Of a stretch of DNA of 64,000 nucleotides, positions 18,265 to 28,327 are shown piece after piece. The first letter of the stretch is position 1; each line of letters starts with the position of its first letter. Position numbers and translations under genes: made by a program. Below the pieces are notes generated by a model. It saw only the letters and a list, made by a program, of their open reading frames with translations, searched no databases and had not been told where the DNA came from. The DNA comes from Candidatus Magasanikiibacteriota bacterium. GTDB taxonomy: Bacteria; Patescibacteriota; Patescibacteriia; Magasanikbacterales; 2-02-FULL-50-9b. The DNA is taken from contig CAITMK010000004.1 in the NCBI GenBank assembly GCA_903893485.1, positions 431-64,430 of the forward strand, in the 5' to 3' direction.

Positions 18265-21123
18265 TTACACCGCGACTCTACAAACTTTTCCATCAACTTC
18301 AAATTCTGCAGCACCCTCACCCGCCGGCGCGAATGCAAAATTACTTACCGTGGCCCGCGCAAATTCATCTGCATTGCGAGTAATCAACTCTTGAATTTCC
18401 TGAGGTGCTTCCATGTTGAAGGTCGTCATTTCGCCTGGCTTTAATCCACGCGTTTTACGAATCGCATTAATGTTGCGCACCAACTCGCGCACTAAACCTT
18501 TTTCGCGTAGCTCTGGCGTGATGTTCGTATCGAGCGCTAATTCTGCACCAATCAAAACGGTTTCAACATTTAATTCCTCTTTGATAATTTCAAAGAGCGG
18601 CTCAAGCGCGTTGACTGATGGTGGTACCGTGAGCGATGCAAGCGCTTGGCGAATTGGCACGCCAGATTTCGCGCGAAGCTCAAGCGCGCTGGAAACCAAT
18701 TCGCGCACCGCATCCATTTGCGTTAAAATTTCTGTGTTGACTGGTGCGGTTGCTGGCCATTCGGTCAGGTGTACAGAATTTTCAGCGCCGTTTAATTCGC
18801 GATACACCGCATCAGCAAACAATGGCGTGAATGGTGCAAATAATTTTGCAAGTGTGGCAAGTGTATGACGAAGCATGGCCGCTGCAGCAGCTGCATCGTC
18901 GCCGCCATTTTTGAAACGATTACGCGAACGGCGCACATACCATGTTGAAAGTTCATTAACAAATGCCATGAGTTCACGCGAAGCGTCCGTGATTTCACAA
19001 GTTTCCATTTTTTCGGTAACGATATTGATCGTTTTTTGAAGACGCGCCTCAAGCCATGCATCGAGCGGATGTGCGGTTGAAATTTCTGCCGCAACCGGAC
19101 CCGTATATAACTTATAAAATTCCAAGGTGTTCCACACGATAAGGAAAACTTTTTTCACAATTTCATCAACACCTTTTTTCTCGAAAATTTTAGTGTCGCC
19201 TGGTTGTGACATGGAATACAAATGCAAGCGAAGTGGATCCGCGCCAAACTCGCCAAAAATTTCCCACGGATCAACAATGTTACCTTTTGACTTCGACATC
19301 TTCTGCCCTTTGCCGTCCAAGATATGACCAAGACACACCACATTTTTGTATGGCGCCGGAAGATCGAGCAATGTTGCAACCGCAAGTAACGTATAAAACC
19401 AACCACGCGTTTGATCAATTGCTTCTGCAATATAATCAGCTGGGAAATGCGATTCAAAATTTTGTTTTGCGGTGCCTTCCTGGCCCCACTGGTAACCCCA
19501 TTGCGCAACAAACATGGCGCCAGAATCGTACCAACAATCCATAACTTCCTTCACACGGGTGCGCGTGCCACCACAATCACATGCGTATGACAATTCATCT
19601 ACAAATGGGCGATGCAAATCTTCGGGCGCTTGCATGCCGCGTGCGTCAATTTCAGCTTTAGATCCGAGCACATCAAACTTGGCGCACGTGCCGCACTGCC
19701 AAATCGGAAGCGGCGTACCCCAATAACGTTCACGCGAAATTGCCCAATCTTTTACGTTCTTAATCCATTCACCAAAACGACCATCGCGGATGTGCTCTGG
19801 ATTCCAATGCACGGTTTGATTTCTTTTTTGAAGCTCTGCCGATAATGCAGACATCTTAATGAACCACGAATTTTTTGCGTAATACAAAAGTGGTGTTGAG
19901 CAGCGCCAACAAAATGGATATTCATGTTCGTAATTTTCTGCGCGAAGCAAAAGACCACGCGAATTTAAGTCGCTAATAATTTCTTTAGCAATGGTGTCTG
20001 ATTTTACAAATTTACCAGCCCACTGTGTTACGAATGGTAAAAATTTTCCATCTTCGGCAACCGTATGAATTCGTGGCAAGCCAACCTTCAAACCAAGTGC
20101 ATAATCATCTTCACCGTACATAACTGCTGTATGCACGATACCCGTACCATCGGTTGTGGTTACAAAATCTGCGGCATATACTTTGTACGATGCGGCGCGC
20201 TGCTCAGGAGACATCTGATCGGCAAGATATTGAAAGAGTGGTGTATATTCCAAACCGACTAACGCGGCGCCTGAAACTTTTTCCAAAATTTTCGCATCCG
20301 CACCAAGCACCTTTTCAACAAGCGCCTCAGCTACAATAAAAATTTCTTCGCCAACTTGTGCGCGCACATACGTAATTTTTTCGCCAACGGCAAGCGCGAC
20401 ATTACCTGGTAATGTCCATGGCGTTGTAGTCCAGCCCAAGAAAAAAGTTTTTGGATCGGTAACCAGTGCAAATTTCACAAAAACCGACTCATCAGTGACC
20501 GTTTTATATCCTTGTGCAACCTCATGACTCGACAAACCGGTGCCGCAACGTGGGCAATGTGGTACGACTTTATAACCCTGATACAAAAATCCACGCGCAT
20601 CGACTTCTTTAAGTACACTCCACAGCGATTCAATGTATTCGTTTTGATACGTAATGTACGGATTTTTGAGATCCACCCAATAACCCAAACGGCGCGTCAT
20701 TTTTTCCCAATCAACCAAATATTCCCACACGCTTTCTTTACATTTTTTGTTAAATTCAATAATACTTGCACGAACATCGCCTTCCACCAAATTTTCAATT
20801 TGTGGCTTTCCAGAAATGCCGAGTGCTTTTTCTACTTGCAATTCAACAGGCAATCCATGTGTATCCCAACCACCTTTGCGATCCACACGGCGACCACGCA
20901 TCGATTGAAAACGTGGAATCACATCTTTAAACGAACGCGACAATGCATGATGCACACCCGGCTTACCATTCGCGGTTGGTGGCCCCTCGAAAAAAACAAA
21001 TGGAACACCATCTTTATTTTTTTCGTTTACTTTTTCAAATAAATTTTCTGCTTCCCACGTAGCAAGCATTTTTTCTTCTAATTCTGGAAATTTTGGAGCT
21101 GGCATAAAGATGTTGATTGCCAA
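18265..21123 (-). CDS. ileS: Isoleucine--tRNA ligase.
   Basis: 952 aa. HIGH-type PTANGKPGVHHALS, KMSKS present, zinc-binding Cys clusters. Confidence 0.95.
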   Translation of the reverse strand: MAINIFMPAPKFPELEEKMLATWEAENLFEKVNEKNKDGVPFVFFEGPPTANGKPGVHHALSRSFKDVIPRFQSMRGRRVDRKGGWDTHGLPVELQVEKALGISGKPQIENLVEGDVRASIIEFNKKCKESVWEYLVDWEKMTRRLGYWVDLKNPYITYQNEYIESLWSVLKEVDARGFLYQGYKVVPHCPRCGTGLSSHEVAQGYKTVTDESVFVKFALVTDPKTFFLGWTTTPWTLPGNVALAVGEKITYVRAQVGEEIFIVAEALVEKVLGADAKILEKVSGAALVGLEYTPLFQYLADQMSPEQRAASYKVYAADFVTTTDGTGIVHTAVMYGEDDYALGLKVGLPRIHTVAEDGKFLPFVTQWAGKFVKSDTIAKEIISDLNSRGLLLRAENYEHEYPFCWRCSTPLLYYAKNSWFIKMSALSAELQKRNQTVHWNPEHIRDGRFGEWIKNVKDWAISRERYWGTPLPIWQCGTCAKFDVLGSKAEIDARGMQAPEDLHRPFVDELSYACDCGGTRTRVKEVMDCWYDSGAMFVAQWGYQWGQEGTAKQNFESHFPADYIAEAIDQTRGWFYTLLAVATLLDLPAPYKNVVCLGHILDGKGQKMSKSKGNIVDPWEIFGEFGADPLRLHLYSMSQPGDTKIFEKKGVDEIVKKVFLIVWNTLEFYKLYTGPVAAEISTAHPLDAWLEARLQKTINIVTEKMETCEITDASRELMAFVNELSTWYVRRSRNRFKNGGDDAAAAAAMLRHTLATLAKLFAPFTPLFADAVYRELNGAENSVHLTEWPATAPVNTEILTQMDAVRELVSSALELRAKSGVPIRQALASLTVPPSVNALEPLFEIIKEELNVETVLIGAELALDTNITPELREKGLVRELVRNINAIRKTRGLKPGEMTTFNMEAPQEIQELITRNADEFARATVSNFAFAPAGEGAAEFEVDGKVCRVAV

Positions 21124-21207
21124 AGTACTTTAGCGAAAATGTGGGTTTTTGTCTAGTTAAAAAATCCGCCCTGCCCCACCAGCTTACCTGGGGAACAAAG
21201 CGGACGA

Positions 21208-21720
21208 TCACGGGTCCGATGCAATGGCAGCAAGCATGCGTCGAAACACGCCAAGCGCCTGATCAGGGTTGATCAGAATACCCGGTGGTACACCCGACGC
21301 AAAATTTGTTGGCGGCGACGCAGCGTAGTACCGCCAACCATCAGCATCCCTCCAAATAAGTCGGGCGGGCTCCTTGTAATCTCCCGCTACCTGCAAAGCC
21401 GCGGCCAAGAAAATTGGGCGGGCCAACGGCAGGCCAATGATGACACGCGGAACTTCTATATCATCTGACGGAGCTGCCATGATCACATGACCTTGCTTCA
21501 CGGTGCGCGCGAGCGTGGCCGAAGTGATCCATCCGCCGGGCGGCGTATCTTCTCCTCGGTCAGACCGAAACGACTGAATATGCGCATTCGGCATGATGCG
21601 TTGCATCGCATTCAGAAGCAAGCTGAGCGTTTTGTGAGCAAGCGGCCGGTTCACCATGCTCGGCGATTCCAAGTCGCTCTGCAAATCGGACAATTTCACA
21701 ACGTTATATTTTGTTGACAC
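21208..21720 (-). CDS. Hypothetical protein (170 aa), GC-rich islet 2, GTG start.
   Basis: GGAGG SD 5 nt upstream of GTG. GC about 58%. Confidence 0.45.
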   Translation of the reverse strand: MSTKYNVVKLSDLQSDLESPSMVNRPLAHKTLSLLLNAMQRIMPNAHIQSFRSDRGEDTPPGGWITSATLARTVKQGHVIMAAPSDDIEVPRVIIGLPLARPIFLAAALQVAGDYKEPARLIWRDADGWRYYAASPPTNFASGVPPGILINPDQALGVFRRMLAAIASDP

Positions 21721-21747
21721 GACTTCCTCCGGTTGGAAACTTAAAAC

Positions 21748-21776
21748 AATGTATCGAATTACTCATTAAAAGTCAA
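21748..21776 (-). promoter_or_regulatory. Sigma70-like promoter TTGACT-17-TACATT (minus strand).
   Basis: RC reads ttgact tttaatgagtaattcga tacatt, upstream of the 21720 GTG start. Confidence 0.4.
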
Positions 21777-21891
21777 TAAAGCAGCCATACATATTTTATC
21801 CACCAGTTTTCCACCATTGACATTATTTATAATCTGTGGAACCCAGTAGATGACCGCGTTGAAGCGGTCCAACAAAGTACCGGAGGTCATC

Positions 21892-22515
21892 GTGTATTAT
21901 TTGGTCGGCACCATTTCGTTCATGAGTGCGTTTGTGTTGGTTTGTGTTTTTAATAGCTGCACTGCTGAGTGCCCCCACTTGGCCACCGATGCGGCGATTA
22001 GCAATGCCGCCGACGCACCAACACCGCCCGATATCACAATTGCAATCGACAATGATGGCGATGGCGTTTTCCCTCCCGAAGACTGCAACGATCACGACCC
22101 AAACGTGTACCCTGGCGCCTATGAGTATTGCGATTTTCAGGACAATGATTGCGACGGCGAGACTGATGAAACGTGGAAGTCACTTTGGGGTGGTTTGTAC
22201 GGAACTCCCTGTTCAGTTACCGACACGAACGGCTGCGTCTCCGTTGGTCGCTGGGGTTGCGACATGGATCATGATTGGCTCGCGTGCAATGCGTCACCTG
22301 TCGTGGCGCATGTTGAAAAATGCAATGGTGCAGATGATGATTGTGACGGCGTCACGGACAACGGCCAGGGATGGCCGATGATCGGTACTGTCTGCACGAT
22401 TATGGCTGGCACATGCACGGTGCCTGGGCTCTGGGCATGCAGCAGCTACACTGAGATGCCCTACTGCACCGCGGAAGATATTCCGTTTCCAGAAACAACC
22501 TGCCTGGAAAACTAA
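21892..22515 (+). CDS. Secreted/lipoprotein-like cysteine-rich protein with MopE-type putative metal-binding repeats.
   Basis: GTG start after GGAGG. N-terminal hydrophobic segment. Repeats CNDHDPNVYPGAYEYCDFQDNDCDGETDE and CNGADDDCDGVTDNG. GC-rich. Confidence 0.55.
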   Translation: MYYLVGTISFMSAFVLVCVFNSCTAECPHLATDAAISNAADAPTPPDITIAIDNDGDGVFPPEDCNDHDPNVYPGAYEYCDFQDNDCDGETDETWKSLWGGLYGTPCSVTDTNGCVSVGRWGCDMDHDWLACNASPVVAHVEKCNGADDDCDGVTDNGQGWPMIGTVCTIMAGTCTVPGLWACSSYTEMPYCTAEDIPFPETTCLEN

Positions 22516-22556
22516 AAATGGCGGCCCGGGAAACCCCAGGCCGCCACGAATTTAAA

Positions 22557-24005
22557 TTAGTATGACTTAGCGAATAACACACGCTTGCTTGACGGCTTTC
22601 CGGTTTTAATACAAACACCGGATTCTTCAGGCTGGCTAAATGGAATACAACGAATTGTTGCGCCTGTTTCCTCTTTGATCAAAGCTTCTGTGGCAGCGTC
22701 ACGATCCCAATGTGCCAAGACAAAATTCCCCGCTTCAATAGCTGCAACAAATTCTTCCCAGGTGTTCACGGATTTTGTTTTTTCTTTTTGATATTCGAGC
22801 GCGCGATTAAACAAGTTTGATTGAATTTCAACGAGTAGCGCTGAAATCTCTGTCGGTGCATCAACTAATGCAACCGATTTTTTGTCGCCCGTATCACGAC
22901 GTACTAATACGCACGTACCGGCAGCAACATCTTTTGGCCCAATTTCCACACGAACAGGCACACCTTTCTTTTCCCATGCAAAAAACTTTTCACCCGGGCG
23001 AATCTCGCGAGAGTCCACGCGAGTTTTAATTCCCACTGTTTTTAATGCTACAGACAATTCATTTGCCGCGGCAGTTACCACCGTAGCAGCTTCAGGATTT
23101 GGTGCGATTGTCGTAATAATAGCCTGGATTGACGCAATGCGCGGTGGCATCACCAACCCTTTATCATCGCTGTGAGTCATGATCAAACCACCAATCGAAC
23201 GAGTTGATAATCCCCAACTTGTTTGCCAACCAAATTGTTCAGTATTATTTTCATCCAAAAATTTAACATTAAATACTTTGGCAAAGTTTTGGCCCAAGTT
23301 GTGTGACGTTGCAAACTGCAATGCTTTGCCATCTTGCATCATTGGTTCCAACGTATAAGTCTGTGCCGCACCTGCAAATTTTTCTGAATCTGATTTAACG
23401 CCAGGGATCACCGGAATTGCCATGTAATTTTCTGCAAACTCACGATAGACTTCTTGCATTTGGCGAGCACGTGCATCAGCTTCTTCGTTGGTTGCATGCA
23501 CGGTGTGGCCTTCCTGCCACAAAAATTCTGTGGTGCGCAAAAATAAACGCGTGCGCAGTTCCCAACGAACCACGTTTGCCCATTGATTAATTAAAAGTGG
23601 TAAATCGCGGTATGAATGAATCCAATTAGAAAAAACTTCGTAAATAATTGTTTCCGAAGTTGGGCGCACCACCAGTGGCTCATCTAATTTTTTACCGCCC
23701 GCATGAGTTACCATCGCAACTTCAGGCGCAAAACCTTCAACGTGCGCTTCTTCGCGCTTCAATAAGCGTTCAGGAATGAGCAATGGAAAATATGCATTTT
23801 CAACACCGCTTTCTTTGAATTTTTCATCCAGCGTTTTTTGAATTGCCTCCCAAATGGCATAGCCGTACGGCTTAATCACCATACAACCCTTCACGGGCGA
23901 ATGCTCCGCGAGTTCTGCAGCATCAATAACATCAAGATACCACTGCGAATAGTCCTCGGCGCGGGGGGTGATTTTTTTGTCGGCAAATTTGTCCATAGTG
24001 GGCAT
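22557..24005 (-). CDS. proS: Proline--tRNA ligase (archaeal/eukaryotic-type class II).
   Basis: 482 aa with class II motifs and the C-terminal zinc domain ending in Y. Confidence 0.9.
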   Translation of the reverse strand: MPTMDKFADKKITPRAEDYSQWYLDVIDAAELAEHSPVKGCMVIKPYGYAIWEAIQKTLDEKFKESGVENAYFPLLIPERLLKREEAHVEGFAPEVAMVTHAGGKKLDEPLVVRPTSETIIYEVFSNWIHSYRDLPLLINQWANVVRWELRTRLFLRTTEFLWQEGHTVHATNEEADARARQMQEVYREFAENYMAIPVIPGVKSDSEKFAGAAQTYTLEPMMQDGKALQFATSHNLGQNFAKVFNVKFLDENNTEQFGWQTSWGLSTRSIGGLIMTHSDDKGLVMPPRIASIQAIITTIAPNPEAATVVTAAANELSVALKTVGIKTRVDSREIRPGEKFFAWEKKGVPVRVEIGPKDVAAGTCVLVRRDTGDKKSVALVDAPTEISALLVEIQSNLFNRALEYQKEKTKSVNTWEEFVAAIEAGNFVLAHWDRDAATEALIKEETGATIRCIPFSQPEESGVCIKTGKPSSKRVLFAKSY

Positions 24006-24101
24006 AGCTTAACATAATACATTTGTGCAGGCAAATAAAAAACACCCGCTGCCCCAGCAATTTTGTGCCGGTGCAGAAGGTGCCGCTGCCCGCGATGCGA
24101 A

Positions 24102-24644
24102 TCAAGCCGCGAGTAGTGTGTTGCCCGTGATCGCCTTAATCTGCTGCGCGAGATTGCCGCCGCCGAAACCAGGCATGCGGCCAAAGAGCTCGACCGCGAA
24201 GGCCTCGTCCACGATCGCCGTGGCGCCAGAAAACGAGAGGATTAAATCGTAATCTCTTGTTTTCAACCGCACCGCACCCGGCCACTTGTCTTCGGCTTCG
24301 CACCGGCTCTCAAAGCTGGTCAGGTGCTTGTGGTTGCTGGCAAGCCGCACCGCCTTTTCAATGGCAAGTGCAGCATACCGGGCATATTTTTCTGGCACTT
24401 CAACTTCGCCAACCTGCATGAGCAGGATGAGCCGCGGCGCGACGCCGTTGCCGTGGGAATACATGGCGTCGTAGAGCGCAAGATAACCGCCACTTCGCCA
24501 AGCCATTCCCTCGTAATTGCGCCCCAGGAATTCTTCGAACAAACATTCCGCCAAAAACGGCAGATTCATCTCTCGAAGCCTTCCATGCAAACGCAATTGA
24601 CGCCCTCGTTCTGGTGAAATCGAACCTCTCATTATAGCCCCCAT
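24102..24644 (-). CDS. Hypothetical protein (about 155-180 aa), GC-rich islet 3. Start uncertain.
   Basis: GC about 60%, coding-like composition. The probable start is an internal Met (MNLPFLAECLF) after GAAGG. Confidence 0.4.
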   Translation of the reverse strand: MGAIMRGSISPERGRQLRLHGRLREMNLPFLAECLFEEFLGRNYEGMAWRSGGYLALYDAMYSHGNGVAPRLILLMQVGEVEVPEKYARYAALAIEKAVRLASNHKHLTSFESRCEAEDKWPGAVRLKTRDYDLILSFSGATAIVDEAFAVELFGRMPGFGGGNLAQQIKAITGNTLLAA

Positions 24645-24743
24645 CCGTAGCGGAAATTATCGCTCGGTTACTAAACAGGCTACTCAAAAAAAAATCGTTT
24701 GTCAATACTCGACAATTGAGGCCACATGCGCTATCCTAATCAT

Positions 24744-25973
24744 ATGAAAATCGCAATCATTGGTGGCGGCGCCGCAGGCCTCATGGCTGCCGCAACAATT
24801 TTAGAAGAAAACGCCGATGCAGAAGTTTTTTTAATTGAACAAAATACCGGCCTTGGAAAAAAGGTTTTGATTTCTGGTGGCGGCCGTTGTAATGTCACCA
24901 CGGGCATTCGCAACATGAAATTTTTATTCACGCGCTATCCACGCGGCGCAAAATTTTTATCCTCAGCGCTTTACAATTTTCCACCCGAAGCCGTGTACGA
25001 ATGGTTTGAGTCGCATGGCGTGCCATTAAAAATCGAAGAGGATTTACGCGTCTTCCCTATTTCTAACGATGGCCACGATGTGGTTCGTGCGTTTGAAAAA
25101 ATATTTACCAAATCGCGTGCGCACATTTTGCTTTCACATGCGGCAAATAAAATTGAACGTGCTGACGAACAATTTGTAATACATTTTAAAATTGATCCCG
25201 CAATCACCGTGGACAAAATTATTTTAACCACCGGCGGTCAAGCATATCGTCACACTGGCTCAACGGGCGATGGCTACGCTTTCGCGGAATCTCTTGGCCA
25301 TACCATCACGCCGCTCGCTGCCAGCCTGAGTTCATTTATTGCCCGCGACGCATGGGTCAAAAGTTTAGCTGGCGTTTCTTTTGAATACGTCGGGCTTCAC
25401 ACCGATCGTGGCCCGTTACCAACGCCAATCGAAGGTCCAATACTTTTTACACACCATGGCATTACCGGCCCCGCGGTGTTTGCATTTTCGGCGCTCAAAG
25501 CCTTTGAGCTAGCAACTCCAAAACAACCGCTCACCATTTTCTTAAATTTATTTCCTGACAAATCGCCGGAAGCTTTTTTTACACAGCTACAAGTGGCGTG
25601 CCAATGTAATGCCAAGCGATCGATAGAAAATACCATCGCAACCCTGGTTCCAAAATCAGTTGCAAAAATTTTGTGCACGCTTGCCGCAATTGAAAGCGAA
25701 CGGCACGCGGCTGAAATTTCAAAAAAAGAATTGGAGGGCTTGCGCAGCCTCATGCAAAATTTACCAGTGCACACGATTGGCCGCGGCGCGGGCGATGAAT
25801 TTGTAACCGCGGGCGGCATAACTTTGTCTGAGGTAAATCCAAGCACCATGGAATCTAAAATTACCCCTGGACTATTTTTTGCAGGCGAAATTTTAGACAT
25901 TGACGGATTTACCGGCGGGTTCAATCTGCAAGCATCCTGGGCAACAGGGCGTTTGGCGGGAAAAAGTATATAA
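24744..25973 (+). CDS. HI0933/BaiN-family NAD(P)/FAD-dependent oxidoreductase.
   Basis: MKIAIIGGGAAGLMAA Rossmann motif and GGGRCNVT. Confidence 0.8.
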   Translation: MKIAIIGGGAAGLMAAATILEENADAEVFLIEQNTGLGKKVLISGGGRCNVTTGIRNMKFLFTRYPRGAKFLSSALYNFPPEAVYEWFESHGVPLKIEEDLRVFPISNDGHDVVRAFEKIFTKSRAHILLSHAANKIERADEQFVIHFKIDPAITVDKIILTTGGQAYRHTGSTGDGYAFAESLGHTITPLAASLSSFIARDAWVKSLAGVSFEYVGLHTDRGPLPTPIEGPILFTHHGITGPAVFAFSALKAFELATPKQPLTIFLNLFPDKSPEAFFTQLQVACQCNAKRSIENTIATLVPKSVAKILCTLAAIESERHAAEISKKELEGLRSLMQNLPVHTIGRGAGDEFVTAGGITLSEVNPSTMESKITPGLFFAGEILDIDGFTGGFNLQASWATGRLAGKSI

Positions 25974-25976
25974 AAC

Positions 25977-26003
25977 AAAAAGGGCCTTGAAGGGCCCTTT
26001 TTG
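25977..26003 (+). terminator. Rho-independent terminator.
   Basis: aaagggccttgaagggcccttttt, directly after the stop codon. Confidence 0.7.
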
Positions 26004-26169
26004 AGACGCTGTAATTATGCAGCTGCTTCTTCTGAAGCAACTTCTTCTGCAGCAGCTTCTGGAGCTACTACGATTTCTTCTTCTGTCATAGTGATCTTCG
26101 TAAGTGAGTAAAACAGCGTCTAATATCCGCTGTTCGGGACTATACCTTACAAAGCGATTCCTGTCAAGC

Positions 26170-26559
26170 TTATTTCCCTTTGATTAGAGAAAATTTGCCA
26201 CCTCCCGCGAGCACGAGTGCTACACTTGCGAATAAAAAGATCGATGGCGACATAAGCGACTTAAGATCTTTTGGCACTACAAAAATAGCAACTGCCATGG
26301 TAATGGTCAAAAAGATTGAGGCGATGCGAGTTCCAATACCAAGTAATACCGCCAAACCACCTACTATTTCTGCAGCGATTGCCATATAGGTCCAAAATGG
26401 GTTAAAGCCCATGTGTGCAAAACCTGCAACCGTTCCGCTTAAATTAGTGATCTTTTCCCAGCCGGCAAGGAACATAAATACGCCCACACCGATGCGAAGC
26501 ACCAGCAATCCAGCGTCAGTGCTCTTCCATGAACATTTCTTACAAAGTGTATTGAACAT
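26170..26559 (-). CDS. DoxX family membrane protein.
   Basis: 129 aa, 4 TM helices, DoxX-like. Confidence 0.6.
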   Translation of the reverse strand: MFNTLCKKCSWKSTDAGLLVLRIGVGVFMFLAGWEKITNLSGTVAGFAHMGFNPFWTYMAIAAEIVGGLAVLLGIGTRIASIFLTITMAVAIFVVPKDLKSLMSPSIFLFASVALVLAGGGKFSLIKGK

Positions 26560-26630
26560 AAAAAAATTTATTCGCCCCCATCATACCGCACCTGTACCTT
26601 TCTTGCCATACCCTGTACTATACAAGCACT

Positions 26631-27200
26631 ATGAGTATTCGAACCGCAACCTTCGTCAAAGGCGTCCGTGGCCCTGATGCCATCTTATCTGATGGCCATG
26701 ATCAATACGCCATGATTGGCCGCTCAAATGCAGGCAAATCAAGCCTCATCAATTCCCTAACCAACCAAAAAGGACTTGCCAAAACAAGTTCGTTTCCTGG
26801 CCGCACTCAGGAGCTTAACTTTTTTTTGATCAATAAGAAATTTTATTTAGTTGATTTGCCGGGCTATGGCTATGCAAAACTTGGTCATGAAAAACGCAAT
26901 AAACTGCAAGACCTATTGAACTGGTATTTTTTTGAATCTGGTACCGAAATAAAAAAAGTAATCTTAATTATCGACGCAGAACTTGGCCCAACCGCCAGCG
27001 ACATCGAAATGCTTCATGCGCTTATGTTGGCAGACAAAGATATTATTGTGGTGGCAAATAAAATTGATAAAATCAAAAAACCGTCGCAAGCAAAACAGCT
27101 TGAAAAAATTAAAAGTTTAATTGGTAGTCATCCAATTATTCCGTACTCATCGGAGCGCCGGACCGGGATGAACGAACTTTTAAAAGAGATGCTCGCATAA
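26631..27200 (+). CDS. engB: Ribosome biogenesis GTP-binding protein EngB/YsxC.
   Basis: GRSNAGKSSLINSL G1 motif, DLPGYG, NKIDK. Confidence 0.85.
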   Translation: MSIRTATFVKGVRGPDAILSDGHDQYAMIGRSNAGKSSLINSLTNQKGLAKTSSFPGRTQELNFFLINKKFYLVDLPGYGYAKLGHEKRNKLQDLLNWYFFESGTEIKKVILIIDAELGPTASDIEMLHALMLADKDIIVVANKIDKIKKPSQAKQLEKIKSLIGSHPIIPYSSERRTGMNELLKEMLA

Positions 27201-28317
27201 GAAATGCGCAAGCTCGAACGATCCCCCGAATATTTGCATACAATAATTTTTTGTCATACCACGGAATAAACCGCCAACGACCGCCCACATTAAAAATCCA
27301 TTTTGAGATTTCGATTACTTTAAAATTACGCAGCGACCACATGATGTGGCGTGAAAAAATACAAATGAAGATTCCCGTGGCCGTAGGCCGAAGCAGCTCT
27401 TTTTTTTGTACAAAACAGTTGCGAAGCGCTTCAGAAAAATCCATGCCCGCAAATTCCGCCAATCGAAACCAGGCATTCGCACGTAAATCTGCTTCGACTA
27501 AATAAAATTCTTTGGTTTCTGCGTGCTGCAAATAGGTCATCGATGCAAGACCGTGTATTGTGAGTGCATTTCCCGCTGCCTGAATAATAGATTCAAGCTC
27601 GGGGCACACAAAATATTCTCGTTCAACCGAAACTGCAAACGCACTGCCCGAGGTATGAACGACTTTTGAACACACGTATCCCCGAAGTTCCCCCGCATCA
27701 AATATTGCCTCAACGCCGATCGTCTCTCCTGGAATGTATGCTTGAATTAGTAAATTATTTTTTTGTGTTTCAGAAAGCGACGCGATTTTTTCTTGAGCCT
27801 CAACAGCAGTATTACATAAAAAAACGCCGCGCCCGCCTCCGCTAAAATCAATTTTTAACAAAAGAGGAAATCCGATTTTTTCAAATGTTGCATTCAAATT
27901 AAGATCGTCCGCATATATTACAAATTGCGGCGTCTGAATACCATACGTCTGACACAAAATAGAAAGTCCCGATTTTGAACCAAGCATGATTCTATTGTTC
28001 AAGTTTGTAACAGGCAAAATTTTAGTCGCCAACACCTCGTCTTTAATTTCATTATTCATGATATGTAGCGCTGACTCATCGGTCAAAATTACTCGATCAT
28101 AATCACCTACCGTAACAAGCGCTTCAAGCTGCGACGCAAATTTTTCTGGAGATTCATCATGCGAATCATGCCACACTGCCCAATATTTATTTTTTTTAAG
28201 CCAGGATTTGTTTGAACAATAGACATCGACCACCGCACCAGCGCGATGAAATAAATATGGAATTTCAGATGAAACTTCTGAATTTTTATAATCTACCAAC
28301 AGCACCCAATATTTCAT
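27136..28317 (-). CDS. ATP-grasp domain protein.
   Basis: ATP-grasp core LLLKIDFSGGGRGVFLC...EAIF. The 3' end overlaps engB convergently by about 65 nt. Confidence 0.55.
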   Translation of the reverse strand: MKYWVLLVDYKNSEVSSEIPYLFHRAGAVVDVYCSNKSWLKKNKYWAVWHDSHDESPEKFASQLEALVTVGDYDRVILTDESALHIMNNEIKDEVLATKILPVTNLNNRIMLGSKSGLSILCQTYGIQTPQFVIYADDLNLNATFEKIGFPLLLKIDFSGGGRGVFLCNTAVEAQEKIASLSETQKNNLLIQAYIPGETIGVEAIFDAGELRGYVCSKVVHTSGSAFAVSVEREYFVCPELESIIQAAGNALTIHGLASMTYLQHAETKEFYLVEADLRANAWFRLAEFAGMDFSEALRNCFVQKKELLRPTATGIFICIFSRHIMWSLRNFKVIEISKWIFNVGGRWRFIPWYDKKLLYANIRGIVRACAFLMRASLLKVRSSRSGAPMSTE

Positions 28318-28327
28318 ACAAAACTTT

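Noticed and set aside
26017-26091. 24-codon acidic minus-strand mini-ORF (MTEEEIVVAPEAAAEEVASEEAAA) downstream of the oxidoreductase terminator.
   Set aside because: It has no RBS. It has a repetitive GAA/GCT codon pattern and is too short to support.
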